DNA of 62,937 bases, the filler included, from Octopus bimaculoides (lineage: Eukaryota), in assembly GCF_001194135.2 (NCBI RefSeq). It is 8 parts of 8 records of this genome, joined end to end, with 100 filler letters (N's around TTAATTAATTAA, not from the genome) between each part and the next. Parts side by side here need not be neighbours in the genome. Positions count along the whole stretch, not along the records: positions 1 to 3,932 come from NC_069002.1; positions 4,033 to 19,170 come from NC_068986.1; 6 more parts are not named here. One strand, written 5' to 3'. The position numbers and the translations under genes were made by a program. The notes beneath the pieces are model-generated. The model saw nothing but the letters and a program-made list of their open reading frames with translations. It made no database searches and was not told the DNA's origin. Each line of letters begins with the position of its first letter. The first letter of the stretch is position 1. This document shows, in pieces, positions 1 to 12,424 of the stretch.

Positions 1-38
<38 letters not shown>

Positions 39-1269
39 AAGTATATATAATAAATCTCCAGATATCTACGAAACCTTTAGTCACAAAGCATTGAATCCAT
101 CGGTTTCCGGTGAATCCCCGTTATGCCAGACACCATAAAAATGAGCATCCCAAACCGTGTAAACTGTTAAGAAATGTATCTCGTGTGTGTCAACTATTTC
201 ATTTCTCAGAATGAGAAGATACATAGTGACAGGAGGTTGCATGCTGATTTATCAGTAACCCATGTCTGTTGTGATACGCCACTAAATATTACAGGAGTGT
301 TACGGTGTTATGATTTAATGCTATATTATTATACACAGCATATCTACCACTCTTTAGCCAATAATGTCTCTCTATATACGATATTTTCCTGGACAGAAAA
401 GAGGGATCAGTCAGGCTAATTTAAGATACCATCAGTGCCTGAATATCATTTCAATCCGTCGAGGCGGAGGTCCGGAATATAATTCTAATTTTACAAACCC
501 ATCACCATATGCTTAACCGAAACGAACTGACAAATTTGTTATCGCTTGGCAGCAAGTTTGGTTAATAACTTATAGGTGATCAGATAGTGTTTGTTTTTTT
601 TTTCCTATACTGTACCACAAAATGTTTCTATTGGTTTTAGCCAACAATTGTTAAGACAGTTGCTAAGACCTTGTATTTATATACATATCTTCATAGCATC
701 TTGGAAATAAATTTATTTGTGTAAATGTTTGTGTGAATGTGTCAGTTTATGTGTCTTTGCTTGCGTGTGTGAGGTGGGGTATGTGAGCAAGTCAATTTAT
801 TGAAAACAGTTTATCGAAATATATTTGGTAGAAAATGTTGATCGAAGATGCGTGTAAGTTGGAATCTCAGTCGCTACAAAGTCCTCTAAATGCTCTTCTA
901 GAATGCACTCTAGCAACGATTATAGCCGAGGATTAGTAACTGTCAAGTTCTAATCAAGTTCACTTTACTCGTTTCTGATGTGGCCTCAATCAGAATCTGC
1001 TAGTGTACCGAAAAAGGCTGGACAGTGCAGAAGATGCACATAAACATCTGAGCAACAACGCTTTCCAATTACCGCTTTTCCGAATGTCATGAAGAAGGGG
1101 TCTTCAACCCGAAATATAGAAATATAGAAATACATTGTTGTTTTGTTTTCCTTTTGTAGTTTACTCTGTACCTTCTCGCATTGTTCCGGCTTTACACAAC
1201 TACATTCGTATCAAAATAAGTTTTTAGCCTGCTATACAGTATATAATCTCACGCAATGTACAGCTACAA

Positions 1270-1301
<32 letters not shown>

Positions 1302-1989
1302 TTGTGTTGTGTGTGTATGTGTATACTTATATATGGTGTTTATATTTACAGTCTAAAACACTTGACATTAAAATATAAACATGACTAAAATATAAACACA
1401 TTTGAATTAAGACAGGTTTTTTTTACACTGTACATAAAAAGAACTATTTTAGTAAAACCTGACAATATAAACTTATTTTAGTGTTTTAATATTTACAGCA
1501 ATTATTTTGATATTTCCTCTAATTTCGATTAATTGTTGATTCGAGTAGCTGTTACTCCGAGTGATTGCTTTTCAGTCAGCGGTTTTCGATAATTTGTATT
1601 TCGATGAATTTTCTTTTGCTTACCTGTCTTCATGTTCACTTAAGCAAAGTTTAATAAGTACATAGGCGCAGGAACAGTTGAATGTTTTGGGGTTTCACTT
1701 CGGGAACAAGAACTTTCATGCTGGATCCCTCTAAAACCTCGGATTGGGTACAGCCTTGTGAGTAAAACTGAGTAGACGAATGCTGTGCTGAAACTCCTTG
1801 GATAGTTATACTTGTAATTCAAAGGGTTAAGTGTCTTAAATTCTCTTTACTCAACAATCAAATTTTAGTAACCAACACTTTTCTTCTTTTCTGTTTTTTT
1901 TCTTTTTCAAGCTTCCTTTTTCTCAGTTCAAAGATATATGTAACTGAATACGTAACGAATTTACTTTATGAGATAAGTGGTACTGCCTT

Positions 1990-2470
1990 GTTGATACTAT
2001 GTTCCGAATGTCAGGTTCGATTCGAAACAATAGTTGATCAGGTTTTAACAGATCTAAAAAATTTCGGCTATTCCAGCAAATTTGAAGACTCTTTCGATAT
2101 AATATGGATTTCCTTTAATACGGATTTACACGCAGTTTCCGTCAATCAAATGAAAAATCCGCATCGTTCCCCAAGACCATGATTTTAACCAATTCCTTTC
2201 ATCAAATAGTCTCACACTCCACTCGCAAAAAGAAACCTAAATGCTAAAATACCTCGAGGCCAGGTAAAATCACAAACACCTGAAATAACAAGGTCCTGAA
2301 GAAATCCCTTCACGCAGCAACATCTGTAAATACTCGTGCCAACATTTTCAAATTCCCATAACCTAGAAGGGCAAAAATTAAAGCAATTCGAAAGTCCAAA
2401 AAGGTAGCAAAAAGGAAATTCTCTGTGTTATTTGATCCTATGAAGTCAACTTGCCATTCATTCTTCTGAG
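1990..2470 (-). pseudogene. Heavily decayed non-LTR (L1/Tx1-like) reverse transcriptase remnant, tentative
   Basis: Only traces of RT-like motifs on - (LDQ...FL, ADD-like); no continuous frame. Confidence 0.25.
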
Positions 2471-2824
2471 GTCGATAAATAAAGTACTTATCTAGAGCGA
2501 TGAAGAGAAGGAATTGTTAGAGCCCCGGACAAAATGTCTTGTGGTATTTGTTCCAGCTTTTTGTCTTCTGAATTAAAATCTCTATTAGGCCTCCTTACGT
2601 AGTAGACTTGATCCCTCGCTCAGTTTAATGCCATCACTTGATTCTAAGTTGTCTTTGACGGAGTTCACTCAATTGTAGGCTTCGGACCAGTTCTCTGCTT
2701 TGAGGACACCTTCCTCTTTTCCTTCAGTTCGTCTCAGAGATTCTCCTCACTACTCATTCCTTCAGAATTAATGATAAAAAGACACATCGACTTCCACCCT
2801 CAATTATTATAGGAAGATTCATTC

Positions 2825-3760
2825 GTGACACTAATTTACCCACACATCCCAATCTCCAAATCACAGCAGAAATTCATCCCACTACAGTCAATAAACTTAT
2901 TACTTACAAATCTAACAATAAAAATCATTACCATTGTAACTGTCCTTGACATAAGGAAAGCTTTCGAATCTATTTCTGGTTATCTACTCATCAACACGTT
3001 CTGGCTAGTAAGCTGTCAAACCCCACTAAAGCCTATGGTGTACAATGTTTCCAGGACCTGTAATACTACAGCCATCCGTTCCCTTACTCTGTCCAGCTTA
3101 TACCTGCATGACTATCCCACACTTTCATAGAATATACAGACAGCTTCGTACGCAGAGCACATCACAATCTACAGCGATGAAGTGAAGGAATCATGTTCCC
3201 TCTTTTTTTCAAGAGACTCAAGATACTGCTGCACAAATACTTTGACTTTATTTAAATCCATAAAAAATATTCTTTTCTACTCTAGGTACAAGGCCCGAAA
3301 TTTTGGGGGAGGGGGCCAGTCGATTAGATCGACTCCAGTACACAACTGGTACTTAATTTATCGACCCCGAAAGGATGAAAGGCAAAGTCAACCTCGCAGA
3401 ACCCATAAAAAATATTACCACACAGTAAACAAAAAGCAGATCTTACTAAATACAATGTCTCCCTTCTTCCAATATTACCAGAGAACACTCAACCCTCATA
3501 AACACAGTACATATACTAAAGACGGAACGCTATGAGACGCATGCTGAAGTTGAAGAAAATAAAATGGTGGACAAAAGTACATAGTGCTATCAAAATTTGT
3601 TCGACAAGAAGGTAATATTAACAATGGGAAACAAACAAAGCATGATCATAGATTATGGTTAGGTCTGCTGGATACTCAATCTTACACAAGAAACCTCAGT
3701 AAAGAGCAATGAATACTAAACAACAGATTACACATCATAAGATGTTGTACACGGATCACA
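2825..3760 (+). pseudogene. Decayed non-LTR (Jockey/I/L2-like) RT fragment interrupted by a SINE piece at ~3290-3410
   Basis: VLDIRKAFESI (LDxxKAFD motif) at ~2941-2975; SYAEHITI (YADD-like) near 3146; multiple stops. Confidence 0.5.
3320..3400 (-). mobile_element. Fragment of a tRNA-derived SINE (same family as 58216-58363)
   Basis: Shares ctggtactta...tcgaccccgaaagg...gaaaggcaaagtc(a/g)acctcg with the 58.2-kb copy. Confidence 0.7.
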
Positions 3761-3880
3761 GCAATTTCGGGGAAAGGTGCGAGTCGATTATACTACCTCG
3801 AGTGCTGAACTTGTACTTTATTTTATCGTCTCCAAAAGGATGAAAAGCAAAGGCGACCTCGGAAAATTTAAACTCAGAAC

Positions 3881-3932
<52 letters not shown>

Positions 3933-4032
3933 NNNNNNNNNNNNNNNNNNNNNNNNNNNNNNNNNNNNNNNNNNNNTTAATTAATTAANNNNNNNNNNNN
4001 NNNNNNNNNNNNNNNNNNNNNNNNNNNNNNNN
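3933..4032. other. Artificial 100-bp scaffold-joining spacer (N-TTAATTAATTAA-N); the same linker occurs at ~19215, 36622, 41941, 51391, 57247 and 61513
   Basis: Identical 12-mer carrying stops in all six frames, centred in ~44-N flanks, seven times. Confidence 0.95.
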
Positions 4033-4921
4033 TTGATGTGCTATCAGTTGGACTTATTCTTTCCACATTAGGCATATTGATATTATATGAACTATGTCCT
4101 TGATCACTATTATTTCTATTGGAGTTGGGCCTATCATCAACTTCAGATAAAACCGCAACGTCATTACTGATGCATTCTATTTGTTGGTTGAAATTATGGT
4201 TGGTAGGACTAAGTATATTGTTACTATCTTCATTATTGGTATTAGCTAGATTATTATGTGTATTCATATGACCACTATTTGTAACTTCATTTATTCTAGC
4301 TGACTTGATGTTCTTTTTGTTTAACCCATTAGGAAGGGTAGAGTAAGAAATTCTGATTGTATGACAAGAGAAGATTTTACTATATCTGTGGGAAGACGGG
4401 AAATTTTTTTGTAAAATATTCATGAATTTTTTGTAAATAATACAGTAATTTACTGCATTTTCATGCAGCTGAAGATTGCTCTTCATATTGCATTTAATGT
4501 AATGCTCGCATTACTTAAATAAATTGGAGTAGCATGAAACGTGCGTACTGCAATCACCTTTGAAATCCGTGTTGCTTATTTTTTTATTTATATATATATA
4601 TACATACATGTATATAAGTAAATCAGAGATTAAAAAAAAAAAAACAAGAAAAAACAACAAAGTCAATTAGATGTACACAGTGAATATATTAGATTGACAC
4701 TCAGTGAAAATTTTAATTGGAAAAAATAGGCGTAGGAGTGGCATTTCGAACGAGGATCTTCGTGGGAAAGAGGGAAAAGTTCAGAGAGAAAGTGGGGGAA
4801 GAAAGAGCAGACAGTCTGGAGAAAAGCACGTGCTGTTACATGGCCAAAAATACATTACATATATAAAAGATAAGTGTTTTTGCATCATAGTTCAACTGAA
4901 ATCATATTAGTATACGTAGTC

Positions 4922-5697
4922 TTATAGTGAGTTTGTGTTGTGTGGACGCCCCAGACGACCGAAATAGATGAGGAATGGCTGGTGGAAGCCATCCTGTTTA
5001 ACTATGAGAACGAGACTGAGATTATCAAGGTGGCGAATTCGGCAGAGATAAACTGGCAAGGGAAGAACTTTGACGAGCCCAGAGAGCATGGAGTGGGCTT
5101 TGCAGTAAGGAACAGCTTGCTGAATATGATAGAACCAAACAGCGGCGGCTCTGAGCGACTCCCAACACTCTGCCTTAACACAAGCGAAGGCCCCATCAAC
5201 CTCGTCAGTGTGTACGCCCCAACGTTGTCTGCCACTTAGGACACTAAGGATGAGTTCTACGAGAACCTTGCATCTACCATCAGGAATATACCAAGTACCG
5301 AACAGCTTGTTCTCCTGGGCGACTTCAACGCTAGAGTGGGTGCAGACAACGACTCGTGGCCCTCTTGCCTTGATTCGTTTGGAGTGGGAAAACTCAATGA
5401 GAATGGTCAGCGACTGCTCGAGCTTTGTGCCCTTCACAACCTGTGCATCGCCAACTCCTTCTTCAAAACGAACCCCCAACACAAGGTCTCCTGGAGGTAC
5501 CCGCGCTCAAAGCACTGGCACCAACTGGATCCGATTGTGGTCAGGCGTGCTGCCATAAAAAACGTTCTCCATACACGCTCTTACCACAGTGCGGACTGCG
5601 ACACAGACCACTCCCTGGTATGCTGTAAGATCAGGCTGCAACCAAAAAGGTTCCACAGTGCAAAGAAGCCGGGGGGCCTCGCACATTGACGTTAGCA
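4922..5697 (+). pseudogene. RTE-clade non-LTR retrotransposon fragment, apurinic endonuclease (EEP) domain, frameshifted
   Basis: GVGFAV, LVSVYAPT, LLGDFNARVG, GKLNENGQRLLELC, IANSFFK...HKVSWRYPRSKHWHQLD, DCDTDHSLV across overlapping ORFs 4940-5239, 5208-5558 and 5336-5689. Confidence 0.9.
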
Positions 5698-6303
5698 AGA
5701 TTTTTCATTCTAAGTAAATTACCAGTCATTAACAGTCATGTACTGGGACCAATAATAATGACTAGCATCAAACAAAAATTTCTGCTCTTGACATTCCGAA
5801 TTCAAATTCTGCTGTGGCCACCTTTGCATTACAATTATTTTGGAGTCAACAGGATAAATTACCAGTCATCACTATTCTACTTACAAACACTAACTACAAA
5901 TACTGTTTATTACTAATTTTTATCTTTTTACTTGTTTGCACTCAATGGACTGCGACCACGAAGGGTTTTTAGTCAAACAAATCTAAGTCTTATTCTATAT
6001 TTTATCAGCCATTTTTTGCCAGATTGCTAAGTTAGAGGACGTACGTAAACTAACCCCAACACCAGTTGTGAAGTGGAGAGAGGCAAAAACAAAACAAAAC
6101 ATACACACTTAACAAGCTTCCACATAGTTTTCATCTACCAAATTCACACACAGTGAATTGGCCACCTAGAGCTACAGCAGAAGACAAACTAGCCCAAGAT
6201 GTCACACAGTGGAACTGAACCCAAAATCACGTAGTTGCAAATAATTTTTTAAAATGACAAGACTCCTTTTAGAAAGTAGATATCAGAAACTGAAGCTGAA
6301 TAC

Positions 6304-6445
6304 AAGCGATATTTGTGGCAAAACTTTCTCTCAAAGTGGCAGTTTATCTTCCTACAGACGTACTAACACAAGAGAAACCATACCATTTTGGTAAAATTTT
6401 CTCATAAAACGTTAGTTTATCTTCCCACAAAAGAACAAATTGAAA
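6304..6445 (+). pseudogene. Two decayed C2H2 zinc-finger repeats
   Basis: DICGKTFSQSGSLSSYRRT, then a frameshifted EKPYH linker, then GKIFS*NVSLSSHKRT. Confidence 0.6.
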
Positions 6446-6488
6446 ATGAAAAATTGAGGGAGATTAGTTTTTCTCAAGAAAAGGTTTT

Positions 6489-7997
6489 ATGAAAAAAGGG
6501 AAATCATGTAGTTCAGAACTCATCTGGAGAAAAAAGCAGCCAGAGTATACGAAGTATTCTAACAGAACTGATACTTATGATAAGAGCTTCAGAAAAATGA
6601 GAGACGCTTTGCAATATTATGGTCCACTTGAAATATTTGAAACAATAATCACTCCAGAAATATATGAGCACATCATAAAGGAAATGTGAGGTATTCTGCA
6701 ACCAGTAAAAATAATACTGACGCACAATCAGTAGACAAACTCAAAGCATTTATTGGCATTCTCATGTTGTCCAGTTACCACAAGTTGCCCTCCACTAGAC
6801 AATACTGGTCAAATGAAGAGGATTTGAGTGTATCTCTGATCTATAAAGCTATGACAAGGAATCGTTTTCAGAATCTGAAAAGCATAATTCATTTCTATAA
6901 TGAGAACTGGGAGGAAAATAAAACTGATAAAGGTTTCAAAGTTCGCTCTCTAATTGAAATGATCCAAAACTCTTAAAAAATACAAGATTTTTGAAAAAAC
7001 TCTTTCAGTTGATGAAATGGTAATCAAGTACTACGGACACAATTCACTGAAACAATTTGTTAAAGGTAAACCCATTAGATTTGGTTACAAGTTTTGGGCC
7101 TTGTGTGGAGTGTCTGGATATTGTTATAACTTTGAACTATTTTGCGGTAAGAATGGAAAAGAAAGTCAATATGATGATCTCACTCTGGAAGCAGAGTTGT
7201 TCTTCAAATCCTTGAAGTGGTAGAAGATCCTCTCTCACACTGTATTTTTTGACAATTTATTTACAAGTTATGATTTGCTGGTTCACCTGTTGGAGAAAGG
7301 ATTCCAAGCAACAGGCACAATGAGAGAAAATCGACTAAAGAAATGTCCATTAAAAGATTCAAAATTGATGAAAAAGGAAAAAGAGGATCTTATGATTACA
7401 GATTTAATGTGACCAATGAAATACTTATAGTCAAGTGGCTTGACAATAAATGTGTGTCAATTGGTACTAACTTTGATGCAATTGAACCAACTAGTAATGT
7501 ACTTCACTGGAAAAGGCATGAAAAAACTAGAGGTAATGTTTCTCAACCTCACATTTTGACTACATATAACTATTGCATGGGAGGTGTCAATAAACATGAC
7601 TGGCTAGTGTCAAAATACACAGTTTCCATTCAAGGTAAAAAGTGGTATTGGCCACTATTTACATGATTTCTTGACATGGTCGTCGTGAATGCATGGGCTA
7701 TTTATAGTTTAGTTCATGATGGAAAGGGTGAAATATTAACATTACTCAACTTTCAAAGATATATTTGTCTTACATATCTGAAAAGTTCAACAAAAAAAAC
7801 AAACCAAAGGCATGACATCTTCCATCTCTAAGCTAATAAACAGCATGAGATATGATAGCAAAGGACATGCAATCGCAAAGCAAGAGAAGCAAGGGCAGTG
7901 TCAACATACAGACTGCCAAAGCAAACCCCTCAATTATTGTCAAAAATGCAATGTCACCCTTTGTGTGGATTCTTTTAGTCCTTATCATTCAAAATAA
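6489..7997 (+). pseudogene. piggyBac-family transposase (PGBD2/3-like), inactivated by stops and frameshifts
   Basis: AFIGILMLSSYHKLPS, MTRNRF, SVDEMVIKYYG, KPIRFGYKFWAL, FDNLFTSY, YNYCMGGVNKHD and a C-terminal Cys-rich domain (C-H-DC...CQKCNVTLC). Confidence 0.9.
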
Positions 7998-8359
7998 AAA
8001 GTACGATTGAGGTTTTGAGAGCAAATTTACAAGAACGGATATTTACGTTAATTTTCATAATTTCATTTACTTATTTATCAATTATCAACAATAGACATGG
8101 TATTTTTTTTTTTTTTTTTCATAAATTAGCCAAATTAAGTTTTATACATAATTTTTCATCAACATAGATGCTCACATTCAGCATCATTAAGTTTATTCCA
8201 AATATATACATATTGTTCTTTAGTTATAAATATATAGCATCAGTGCCCAGTGTCCTATATATAGGACAGACATATATTTGTTAATAAAGAAAGGAAACGA
8301 ATTTTACCTACAATTATTTTTATTTAAGCCTATTTTAAGTCTGATGTAAGAATTTGAAA

Positions 8360-8830
8360 GTGATACTCCAGAAATTAGACACCCTGGGACTTTACCTTTC
8401 ATCTAGTCAAGAAATTTTTAATGTAAATAAGGATTATTATAACTCAACATTGGCTAAGGCAGGATACAAACAGAAAATTAAATTTGACACACATAATGAA
8501 AACCCACCGGACAAACAACCAGGTAAATGAAAACTTGGTTATAATACAAATCAACCAAAAATTAACATAAAAAAGAATAATAAAAATATAAATATGAATT
8601 ATAATGAATCCAACTACAGACTAAACAATAAAAAAAACTATAAAAAATCTTTAAAACGTAAGAAACATGTTCTATATATAAAACATACACTCAAAAGCAA
8701 CGAGAAATGCCTGAATAAAAAGGATAATAATAATATCTGGCTTATCTTACCTTATGGCAAGAAGATAAGGACTAACCTTATCTGAGTAATTTGTTCTACC
8801 ATAGATAAACATTTCACTTCTAATAAATAT
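8360..8830 (+). pseudogene. Penelope-like element fragment (RT thumb/linker region)
   Basis: LSSSQEIFNVNKDYYNSTLAKAGY and NNIWLILPYGKKIRTNL...IDKHF resemble the PLE segment downstream of the RT. Confidence 0.65.
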
Positions 8831-9049
8831 AGTACTATAATAAATAACAGAATAATAAGGATTGGATTTTTGGTAATGAACTCTCAAAATGGCCGTAGAT
8901 GTTGGATGTTAAATTATCTTTTGGAATGATTTGTGAAGATGAGGACTAGTTACCCGATTGGATTCATATCATGCTCCTGCAATTATCATAGATGACTATA
9001 TTGACTTTTACATTTTATATATAATTTTCATGGTTGGGTATAATTTTAT

Positions 9050-9960
9050 TTTATATACTTTCTCTTTAAATTTTTAGTCGATTTACTTACTGTAATAATT
9101 TTTGGATTAATATGCCTAAGTCTGATTTGGGCAGGATTAGCAAGTTTATTATTGATAGAATTATTCCCATTGTTAGGGATAAGGTTAAGCTTCCCCTTTG
9201 GGGTTCCACTGGGAACATCATTTTTTCGTTTAGTTCTCTCACAGATAGGCATGATCTGAAACTTATCCAATGGGACATTTTGAATTACTATAATTCAATT
9301 TCCCTTAGACTGCTAAACAAAACCCTTATCTTCACCTAGAATTTTGTGAATATACCTCATTCTGACATCGATATAATCTTAGCAGCGAGGGAGACCCTTA
9401 TTTCCTTTAATAAGCATGATTGGATGAGGGCAAATATGAAAATCTTTTTGATGTTACTATGGGGTCTTCAGACTCGGTACAGGTAACCAACTTGGTGCGG
9501 TTTTACCTACTTTCTTAAACTAAGGATAGCTTTCCCCTCCTTACTGGAGGACTGTATAGGGACGATGCTCTCTTAGCTGTACGCTGACAATCAAGAACTG
9601 CATTAAATAGAGGAAATCCCTGAGAAGCTTCTTGAAGGATTTTTCCAATTTTAATATAATTTTCAATGTCAACTTATTGAATTTCATAGATGTTACCTTG
9701 GACTCGGATACAGGTTTGTTTTACCCTTTTTGCAAACCTAACAAATCCATCTCCTATATTAATGCATCCTCAAATCATCCAAAATCCACCATTGATAGCA
9801 TTGTTACTGCTATTTCGATAAGAATATTTAATTTGTCTGCCAATAAGGAGATTTTTTATCTGTATACTCTATGTTTAAGTGGATTTAAGACTAAAATATC
9901 GAATATACCAGATACAAGATTTAAGAACAAAATGGCTAGCCTACCACCAGATAATGTTAG
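9050..9960 (+). pseudogene. Penelope-like element reverse transcriptase fragment
   Basis: PKSDLGRISK, LIQWDILNYYNSIS, FDVTMGS, GLYRDDAL (~9550), NFIDVTLD, YINASSNHP. Confidence 0.85.
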
Positions 9961-10240
9961 GGAAAATCTTGAGAAGCACAACACCTTAGTTAGCTGTAAA
10001 AAGTATAAGCCATCCAGTATTTTCTTTTCTATTTTTTTTCTTAAAATATATATATAAACCCTGGTTAAAAAGGAGAGCAAATGAATCATCACAGGAGACT
10101 TCAATTAGACATTCAGAAAATGCTGCAAGTATAGTTACTGCAAGTGCAACAGAAAGTGATGAGCAGCGTAGTATTCACCTGACCAGGAATGCTGCATTAA
10201 CAGCTTCAGCACACACTAGACAGTCAAGAAGAGCGTATTA

Positions 10241-10480
10241 TCCACCATATAAGGAATGCTACAGCAACTGCTGCTGCACAAGCTGCAGAGAATGAAGAAC
10301 AATGTGCAATTTGCCATACAAGGAATGTTGCAACATGAGCTGCAGAGAATGAAGAACAATGCACAATTTGCCAAACAAGGAATGCTGCTGCATGAGCTAC
10401 AAAGAATGAAGGACAACCTGCAATTCAGCAGACAAGGAATGCTGCAATTGCTGCTGCACAAGCTGCAGAAGATTGAGATA
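10241..10480 (+). repeat. 57-bp (19-codon) degenerate tandem repeat in the Helitron 5' coding region
   Basis: The aatgaagaacaat-like unit starts at 10291, 10348 and 10405. Confidence 0.8.
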
Positions 10481-11376
10481 ATCGGCTGGAGAATAATGTT
10501 CAGCAGAGTATTTCAAGATCATGCAGTTCTCTGTTATCATTAAAAGCATTCGACTATGATTCTAATGTTAATTATGTTATCCACTCTGATATTAAAATTG
10601 GCAATATGTCTACCATTTGCCAGTTTTGCAACACCAAAAAGTGGTCATGAGAAACTCCTGGAATGTGTTGCTCCAATAGGAACGTTAAACCCCATCAGCA
10701 CCCTTGAGGATCTACCACAGCCATTGAAGCTTCTACTTACAAGCACAACAACAGAGTCAAAAAATTTTCTAGATAAGATCAGAAAATATAATTGTGCCAT
10801 TCAAATAACCTCTTTTAGGGCAAATATTGTCAGGGAAGGTGGATTTATGGCCACTTTCAAAGTGCACGGATAGGTGTATCACAGGACTGGATCATTCCAG
10901 CCTCTGGCAAATGAAGAGCTTCAATTTCTTCAGCTGTACTTTGTTGGCAACTATCAAGAACAAGCAGTCAGGCAGAATTCTATTTCACCTGGTACTAACC
11001 TGGATCTCACACTAAAACTTCAAGAAATGGTACGTGTGAAAAACAGCTATGTCCAGAGCTTCAAATATGCCTTGGAAACAGCACCTACAACAAATTTTAA
11101 TGAGGTACTTAATGCTGGCCAAAGGCCATCTCGGGAACATGCAGGTCACTATAATGTATCTGCATGCAATGAAATTGCTGTAGTTCTCCATGGTGACCAG
11201 CACAAGAAAAGAGACATTGTTCTCAAGCGTTGTGACAACACCTTACAATGGATCAGTGAAACACACAGATCCTACAATGCGCTCCAATATCCAGTGCTCT
11301 TCATGAATGGTGAAGATGGATACTATTTCAGTATTCTACAGCATAATACTGATGCAACCAATGAAAAACAAATTAA

Positions 11377-12378
11377 TGTTATATCCCTATCTCCCGAGCT
11401 GGGTTTGAAACCGTATTCTGGTTGTTGAGGACAATGGTATTTCCTTTGTCCTGTCAACAACCACAGCTATTTTTAGCGTAGGTGTGATCAATGACTCTTT
11501 CCGGTCATCGAAAGTTCAGAAAAACAAGTGAGGAATTGTACTGAACTGACCCAGCTTTGGAGGGGGGAAAGTAGCACTGTAAAGCTATGGCATTTGTGAT
11601 AAATACAACGGTCGAGTTGGTATCAAGGAGTTGGCGAGAGCAGTTGGCATCAAGCGGTTGGTGGACAGCAGTTGGATGAAGAACGCGAGCCGGTGTGAAG
11701 GCTAGCAGCCAACCAAGATGAACAGAGAGTCTGTCAGGCAGAGGCTGAGAAAGTACTAGTTAACCGATAGGGACTGAAGCAATGAGAGAGAGGAACAGAG
11801 AGATGGAACTGTTGTGGCAGCCAAGAGATGGTAGTAGTCAGTTGGTCACTTCTTGGATTGTAGTAGGAGCTTCGAAGAAAAGAAAATTCGTGCGGTGAAG
11901 GTTTGCTTAAATATTCTTTAAAAGTGTACTTGTCGTTACATGTTTTGAAAAAGAAAAAGAGATTTCGTTAACTGTGATGTTGACGGGTGGAAAAGAAAAG
12001 AAATAACTTTGTGACATGTTGTTAATGGAAAAGAAAAACAACGAAGTGAAGGAACTGTTAATTCGACTTGATATATGAACTCTTGATTGTAAACTTGTGA
12101 TTATGTAATGTTCTGAAACCTTTGTTAAATGCTATTGAATTTATAGTTATGCTTTATGCTCTGTTATGTATTGTTTGATGTAAAAAGAAAAAAAGTTAGT
12201 TCCACTACCCAACACATGGTCTCCGTGTTATTTCTTCCTCCCTTTGCCTGTTGTCTTTGTTACGTGCTCCGGCCTGGGCTTGGTCGTGGCGAACATCCCG
12301 ACTCACTGAGCGTCGACGTTCACGCGCGCGCGAGTTCTCTCTTCGTTTGAGGTGCTTCGCATGCGGACTTTCGTAACA
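11377..12378 (+). mobile_element. 5' LTR (~1.0 kb) of a Gypsy/Ty3 retrotransposon
   Basis: Begins TGTTA where the Helitron frame breaks, ends TAACA (inverted termini), and is followed by a PBS. Confidence 0.85.
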
Positions 12379-12381
12379 AAC

Positions 12382-12399
12382 TGGTGTCAGAAGTGGGAT
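12382..12399 (+). promoter_or_regulatory. Primer-binding site TGGTGTCAGAAGTGGGAT (tRNA 3'-end complement, probably Leu)
   Basis: TGG-initiated 18-mer 3 nt after the LTR end; a typical Gypsy PBS sequence. Confidence 0.85.
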
Positions 12400-12424
12400 T
12401 GATAGATTTGCTGCAGTGAGTTAG

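Noticed and set aside
1085-1125. ATGAAGAAGGG...CCCGAAAT hammerhead-like relic
   Set aside because: Core C is missing and stems I and III are ambiguous; at best a dead Penelope-type remnant.
1460-1830. Possible piggyBac 5' end on - (TTAACCCTTTG at ~1829)
   Set aside because: No matching other end or transposase motif was found.
3977-4486. 169-aa Asn-rich minus ORF
   Set aside because: Low complexity, runs into a gap, and has no recognisable domain.
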